A stretch of DNA of 64,000 bases, from assembly GCF_009914755.1 (NCBI RefSeq), contig NC_060928.1; one strand, written 5' to 3'. Source of the stretch: the human T2T-CHM13v2.0 reference genome, Homo sapiens. This document shows positions 52,790-64,000 of the stretch, in pieces. The notes under the pieces were generated by a model, which worked only from the letters and a program-made list of their open reading frames with translations, had not been told where the DNA came from and did no database searches. Each line of letters opens with the position of its first letter. Position 1 is the stretch's first letter. Position numbers and translations under genes: made by a program.

Positions 52790-53085
52790 GGCCACGCTAC
52801 TTCTTGCCTCCTCAGTGCCTGCTGTCTTTTCCGCCTGTAAGGTGCTCTTCCCTACTCCCTACCCTACTATTCTCGTATTGCTACCTGAGTTTGGCTAAGT
52901 TTGCTTATCCTTGTTCCCTGATCTCCCTCTCCCTGCATTGTCCCACAGTGTCTGCCTCCCCTGCTACCCTGTGAGGACCCAGAGGAGAGAGCCATCTTAT
53001 TCGTGTGTGTATCTAAAGGGCCTTAGATGATGCCCTGCCTAGAGTAGGTCCCTCAATCAAACTGAATAAATGAATGAATGAATGA
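52790..53085 (+). mobile_element. L2 3' fragment
   Basis: Ends in the (AATG)n L2 tail. Confidence 0.55.
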
Positions 53086-53479
53086 GTTTACAAATTATTT
53101 GAGATCAGATCTTCAAGAGAAGGCAAAAGCTATTTATCAGAACAGACACAAAACCAGAGTGAGACCATCAATGAATATAATATGAGACAGAGTCCTAAAG
53201 TCCCAGACAATTTCTCCTTAAAACCCCTCTACCAGAAGTCAAGATTAGTGTACGTTTTTGAGATGAAACTGAGTTTATAGATAAAAGTTTCACAGCCTCA
53301 ACTCTGCTTGGCAGAGACTAAAGTCAGGCAGACTGACAGTATTTGCGGTGGACTGATTCTTTGATTCCCCTGACTTGGCAAGAGTTAGGACAATTTGGAA
53401 GTGACAGATGGGTAGGAGGAAATAAAGTGGTACTTGTTTTTAAGGGTAAAACCAGTACAAATATAATTGACCTGCTGAA

Positions 53480-53935
53480 ATCTCTCCAGCCTAATTTTTT
53501 TCCTCCACACTCAATGTGCTCCAGCCTCCTCAGCCTTCTCTCAGTTTGTTGAATATACCTAGCTCTTCACTGCCTCAGGGCCCTTGGACATGCTATTTTC
53601 TCTGCCTCGCATTTATGTCTACCTACATTTTAAAATATAAACTCCTTCTTTTCTACAAGTTTTAGCTTAAGTGATAATCTTCAGTGAAGCTCTTCATAGC
53701 CACTCTATTAAAAGCATTTGTCACCCATCACAGCCCATTAAATCTCAACCTCTTCTCTTTTTTGCACTTATCATGGTTATACAATCTTTAATTACTTCAT
53801 TTATTTATCTACTTATTAGTGGTCATGAAGGGGATAGTCCCCCATACTGGGACATAATTTCATAACAACAGTGACCTAGGCTAGCTTGTTCATTATTTTA
53901 TCTTCAGCACTTAACATATCACTAGGAACCCAGTC
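53480..53935 (+). mobile_element. L2 3' fragment
   Basis: TGCCTCAGGGCCCTTGGACATGCT...CTTGTTCATTATTTTATCTTCAGCACTTA. Confidence 0.55.
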
Positions 53936-54534
53936 AGAGGTCATTGTTATCAGTCCTGTTGTTGTTGCTGTCACTATTATTTTCAAAAGAATTTCTGCAG
54001 CATTTATAAAACTGAACTGATTTATCAAATCATGTACTCAGGCTTGAGTTTCTTCATTTTCTACATATTTTGTGTATCTTGTTTCAGAAGCATTTGCTAA
54101 TGCTTGCGGGACCATCTCAGCATTCAGCAATACATATTAAAGAATGGCATGTAGGTCTGAGTCTACCTTGTGAATAAATCCCTCCTAATAAAAGAAAATG
54201 AGATTTCATGATTAAGGGGTTTAGAAATAATCAAGAGAGGGTTAAAAATAAAACTAGCGGAGGCCGAGTAGACCAAAGAATAGCTACTGGCATGCCTTCC
54301 AAAATAATGTCCCAGATTATGATTTCACATGAAAAAAATAAAATAATTGCTTGCCAAGCCATATAAAAAGCATGAATTCTGGGAGAACTTAAACAGAAAC
54401 TAAATCTTGATAGACCTATAGAGTATAGAACTCTCCCAGAATCCACTTTTGCTGGCCATTCTGAATGTTCCCTAGTCTAGCTTTCCATCATCATGGTGAT
54501 GTGGTACCATCAGTAGTAATCAGTTGGGTAATGA

Positions 54535-54879
<345 letters not shown>

Positions 54880-57480
54880 TGTGTTAATTTTTTAAATTTC
54901 CCTAAGGAAAGTTTTTAAATGAACTCTACCAGTTTGCAAATACTGGAAGAAGTCCCTGCTCAGGCCCCAGGTATTTTAAACATTAGCCCTTTTTTTTTCC
55001 ATGTTTGTCTTATCACAGCAGTCAAGCCATGTCCCATCTCCTTTAAACTAGATTTCAAAACTAATGAGTTGTAAACAAAATGTTCCTTCCTACAGGGAAT
55101 ACTAGTAGCTTTGTCTGCAGAAGGCTTAAAAATAAACATCAGACAGGAGAAGCTGGCAAGATGGCCTAAAAGGAAGAGCTCCGGTCTGCGGTTCCCAGTG
55201 AGACCAATGCAGGAGGTGGGTGATTTCTGCATTTCCAAATGAGGTACCCAGTTCATCTCATTGGGACTGGTTAGACACTGGGTGCAGCCCATGGAGGGTG
55301 AGCAGAAGCAGGGTGGGGTGTTGGCTCACCCGGGAAGTGCAGGGGTCAGGGAACTCCCTCCCATAGCCAGGGGAAGCCATGAGGGACAGTGCCTTGAGAG
55401 ACAGTGCTGTCCAGCCCAGATACTAAACTTTTTCCACAATCTTTGCAACCCACAGACCAGAAGATTCCCTCGGGCGCCTACACAACCAGGGCCCTGTGTT
55501 TCAAGCTCAAAACTGGGTGGCTGTTTGGGCAGACAGCAAGCTAGCTGCAAGAGTTTTTTTCATACCCTAGTGGTGCCTGGAACGCCAGTGAGACACAACC
55601 ATTCACTCCCCTGGAAAAGGGGGCTGAAGCCAGGGAGCCAAGTGGTCTTGCTAAGCAGATCCCAGCCCCATGGAGCCTAGCAAGCTAAGAGCCACTGGCT
55701 TGAAATTCTTGCTACCAGAACAGCAGTCTGAAGTGCATCTGGGATGCTCCAGCTTGGTGGGGGAAGGGGCATCTGCTAATACGGAGGCTTGCGTAGGGGG
55801 GTTTCCCCTCACAGTGTAAACAAAGCCACTAGGAAGTTTGAACTGGGTGCAGAACACACCACAGTGCAGCAAACCCACAGTAGCCAGACTGCCTCTCTAG
55901 ATTCTTCCTCTCTGGGCAAGGCATCTCTGACACAAAGCCAGCAGCCCCAGTCAGGGGCTTATAGATAAAACTCCCATCTCCCTGGGATGGAGCACCAGTG
56001 GAAGGGGCAGATGTGGGTACAGCTTCAGCAGACTTAAACGTTCCTGCCTGCCTGCTCTGAAGAGAGCAGTGGATCTCCCAGCACAGCACTCAAACTCTGC
56101 TAAGGGACAGACTGCCTCCTCAAGTTGGTCCCTGACCCCTCTGCCTCCTGACTGGGAGACATCTCCCAGCAGGGGTGGATATACACCTCATACAGGAGAG
56201 CTCCGACTGGCATCTGGCAGATGCCTCTCTGGGATGAAGCTTCTAAAGGAAGAAACAGGCAGCAATCTTTCTTGTTCTGCAGCCTCTGCTGGTGATATTC
56301 AGGCAAACAGGGTCAGGAGTGGACCTCCAGCAAACTCCAGCAGACCTGCAGAATAGGGGACTGACTGTTAGAAGGAAAACTGACAAGCAGAAAGCAATAG
56401 CATCAACAGCAACAAAAAGGGCACACATGCAAAAACTCCATCCAAAAGTCACCAGCATCAAAGACCAAAGGTAGATAAATCCACAAAGATGAGGAAAAAC
56501 CAGAGCAAAAAGTCTGAAAATTCCAAAAACCAGAATGCCTCTTCTCCTCCAAAGGATCACAACTCCTCGCCAGGAAGGAAACAAAACTGGACAGAGAATG
56601 AGTTTGATGAATTGATAAAAGTAGATTTCAGAAGCTGGGTAACAACAAACTCCTCTGAACTAAAGGAGCATGTTCTAACCCAATGCAAGGAAGCTAAGAA
56701 CCTTGATAAAAGGTTACAGGAACTGCTAACTAGAATAACCAGTTTAGAGAAGAACATAAATGACCTGATGGAGCTGAAAAACACAGCATGAGAACTCCGT
56801 GAAGCATATACAAATATCAATAGCCAAATCAATCAAGCAGAAGAAAGAATATCAGAGATTGAAGATCAATTTAACGAAATAAAGCATGAAGACAAGATTA
56901 GAGAAAAAGAATGAAAAGGAATGAACAAAGCCTCCAAGAAAATTGGGACTATGTGAAAAAACCAAACCTACGTTTGATTGATGTACCTGAAAGTGACAGG
57001 AGAATGGTACCAAGCTGGAAAACACTCTTCAGGATATTTTCCAGGAGAAATTCCCCAACCTAGCAAGGCAGGCCAAAATTCAAATTCGGGAAATACGGAG
57101 AACACCACAAAGATACTCCTCAAGAAGAGCAAGCCCAAGACACACCATCAGACTAACAACGGAACTCTCTGCAGAAACCCTACAAGGCAGAAGAGAGTGG
57201 GTCCAATGTTCAACTCTCAGCTCTAGACCAACCCAGAATTTCATACCCAGCCAAACTAAGGTTATTAAGCAAATGAGAAACAAAATCCTTTACAGACAAG
57301 CAAATGCTGAGGGATTTTGTCACCACCAGGCCTGCCTTACAAGAACTCCTAAAGGAAGCACTAAATATGGAAAGGAAAAACCAGAACCACCCACTGCAAA
57401 AACATACCAAATTGGGAAGACCATCAACACTATGAAGAAACTGCATCAACTAAAGTGCAAAATAACCAGCAAGTATTAAA

Positions 57481-61618
<4,138 letters not shown>

Positions 61619-62109
61619 ACAATGAGAACATATGGACACAGGGTTAGGAACATCACACACTGGGGCCTGTTGGGAGGTGGGGGGTAAGGGGAGGGATAGC
61701 ATTAGGCAAAATACCTAATATAGATGACATGTTGATGGGTGCAGCAAACCACCATGGCATATGTATACCTATGTAACAAACCTGCACGTTCTGCATATGT
61801 ATCCCAGAATTTAAAGTACAATTTTAAAAAAAAGGAATACAGAAAAAAAAAATGAACATAACTTTCAAAGTCAGGGCACAAAACTTTGCTAGTCATCCCT
61901 GCTATTCAACTCTCTTCCACACAGCCTTTAAGGTTCAGTCCAAGCTCTGCAACTTCATACAAATCTGCTATTCCTCCAGAACACAGTGGCCATCCTGAGC
62001 ACTCTGAGTTTGAACCCGCAGCTCAAGATTTTATTTTCTCTAGTTGTATAAGATAAAGGAGGAACAAAGTCAGATGTGTTGGGAGAAGCAGGAGAAAAAA
62101 GATACTAAA

Positions 62110-62330
62110 TCTCGGCAAGGACTTAGTTTTGCATATTACATAGGCAACCTCATTTAATTCTCACCACAATCCTATAAATAAGAATTATTCTTCACCATTT
62201 CCAAGATGAGAAAACGGAGGTCCATGCTATACTAAGAAACTTGCCTGCAGTCTAGAGCCAGTAAACATTAAAGGCAGAATTTGAATCCAGGTCTTTACCA
62301 CAAAATATGCTCTGTCCTCTACATCGCAGA
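62110..62330 (-). mobile_element. MIR
   Basis: CTCATTTAATTCTCACCACAATCCTAT...AGATGAGAAAACGGAGG...ATTTGAATCCAGGTCT. Confidence 0.7.
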
Positions 62331-63102
62331 ATTAGTTTTACCTCCTCTCCTCCTTCACCCCCAGGAACAGATCATACAAGGAAACAGATAAGAAAGATGA
62401 AGGATATGAAAATGATAGCATGTTTCAAAAGTAAATATTTATATCAGGCATCTATCAGGTGCAAAGCAGAACCCTCAGAGGTTTGGAGAAGAGAAAGGGA
62501 AGTTTACATCATGGAGGGAAAGAAAGCTGTTTATACAGCATTGGGCACTGTAGCAGATATGCTCTTGACAAAGTGAATACAACACACAGGGGGGATATTC
62601 AGAACAGAGGAGACCAGTAAGCATCTGCAGGCTGTCTGCTGGTTATACCACATCTGCCAGGTTTGGTGTAGTTTTAGTCACTAGGGCACGTGTGCTGTGG
62701 AATCCACAAGAAGAGCATGAGGATATTCATGCTCAGGAGGTCATGGTTAAATCTTCAAACAGCTAAACAGCTATCTTTTGTAAACAAGAAACTTGAAAAT
62801 GTTCTGTGCAACTCTAAAAAACAAAACTGGAACTAAAGAAGGAATGCTACAGGGAGGTCCATTTCTGCCTCCTATAGGACAGAATTCTGACAGTTCATTA
62901 GAATGAATCACCTCTGGACATTGGCAGCTGTCATTGTTGACATGATTATGCAGCTTGGAAAGCCATTTATCAAGTATATGGTAAAAGAGATTCATGTATG
63001 GGGAATTAAGATTGGCCTGAAGACCTCTGAGATCCCACTCAGCTCTATAATTCTATGACTCAACTTGCATTTAATAGAGCTTTATCTCACTGCAGAGAAA
63101 TT

Positions 63103-63608
63103 TGTATTAATTTCCTATTGCCACCATAACAAATCACCACAAACTTAGTGGCTTAAAACAACAGAAATGTATTATCTTACAATTCTGTAGGTTAGAAGTC
63201 TGCTCAAAATTCTGCAGGTTAGGTCTCATTGGGCTAAAATCAAAGTGTTGGCAGGACTGCATTCATTTCTCAGGCTCTAGAGGAGAATCCATCCCTTGCG
63301 TTTTCCAGCTTCTTGACTCATGGCCCCCTTCCTCTATCTTCAAAGCCAGCAATGGTGGGTCGAGTCCTTCTCACCTCACATTATTCTGCCCTCCTCTCTC
63401 CTTTTCTTCCACTTTTACGGACCCTTGTGATTACAGTGGACCCATTCAGACTATCTAGGACAGTCTCTCTAAGTTAAAGTCAACTATTTGGCAATCGGAA
63501 TTCCATCTGCAACCTTAATTCCCCTTTGCCATGCAACATAACATACTCACAGTTTCCAGGAATCAGATGTGGATACCTTTGGGAGGGAACTTCATTCTGC
63601 CTACCAAA
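63103..63608 (-). mobile_element. MLT1D-like MaLR solo LTR
   Basis: TGTATTAATTTCCTATTG...AACAAATCACCACAAACTTAGTGGCTTAAAACAAC...TTCTGCCTACCA. Confidence 0.8.
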
Positions 63609-64000
63609 ATGAGGTTCTGAAAAATGCCACTAGAACATTCTCCACTTCAGGAGGTCATGAGAGTTAATAACACAGGCTGTGACGCTGCCTTTCCTAAAGT
63701 TCACAGGGTATGGGATAAGGAATTGGCAAGAGTACACCAGGCCTCCATGGGTTATGTGGAACTCAGCTTCTACCTAACACAAACCAACTAAATAATATAG
63801 TAGAAAATATTTTTCTGTTGGGTAAGTTTTACCTCTTATCATAGATGCCAAATGACCTAACTGAACATTGACTCCTAAACATATATTGAGACCAAAGGCT
63901 TTAGGTAGCTAAGCAAATGAATCAACTAAAATTATCTAACAAATTATCTAACCAAGGTACCAGGCTAGTAAGAAAGGAAAAATTCGAAACACTAAAAAGC

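Noticed and set aside
61826-61847. GGAATACAG between two A-tracts (and GAC at 44462) as mini 3' transductions
   Set aside because: Too short to distinguish from poly(A) tail decay, and no separate poly(A) signal.
63929-63952. AAATTATCTAAC tandem duplication
   Set aside because: An ordinary 12-bp slippage duplication.

Overview
This is primate genomic DNA. The SVA, AluY and a very young L1 5'UTR point to a hominoid (human or great ape). The window is dominated by retrotransposons, and I can support no host protein-coding exon, RNA gene or prokaryote-type system. Nearly every long ORF in the track is an L1 ORF1/ORF2 remnant or its antisense shadow. Contents: the 5' end of a young L1PA2/L1HS-like element (1-736, -) with an intact 71-aa ORF0, inserted into an older L1PA7/8; a HERV-K(HML-2) LTR5A-like solo LTR; a full-length L1PA6-like element (-) containing a twin-primed L1PA3/4-like insert with a 94-bp 3' transduction; a trimeric AluJ; a complete MSTA MaLR provirus; a full-length L1PA5-like element containing a 5'-truncated SVA; a full-length L1PA7-like element containing an AluY; and many old L2, MIR, MLT1 and L1M fragments. 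The most notable non-annotation signals are the 3' transduction with 5' inversion, the ORF0/antisense-promoter junction that reads in frame into the host L1's ORF1 C-terminus, and a series of locally templated insertion or fold-back scars. Subfamily names are by-eye assignments from recalled consensus sequences, not RepeatMasker output.
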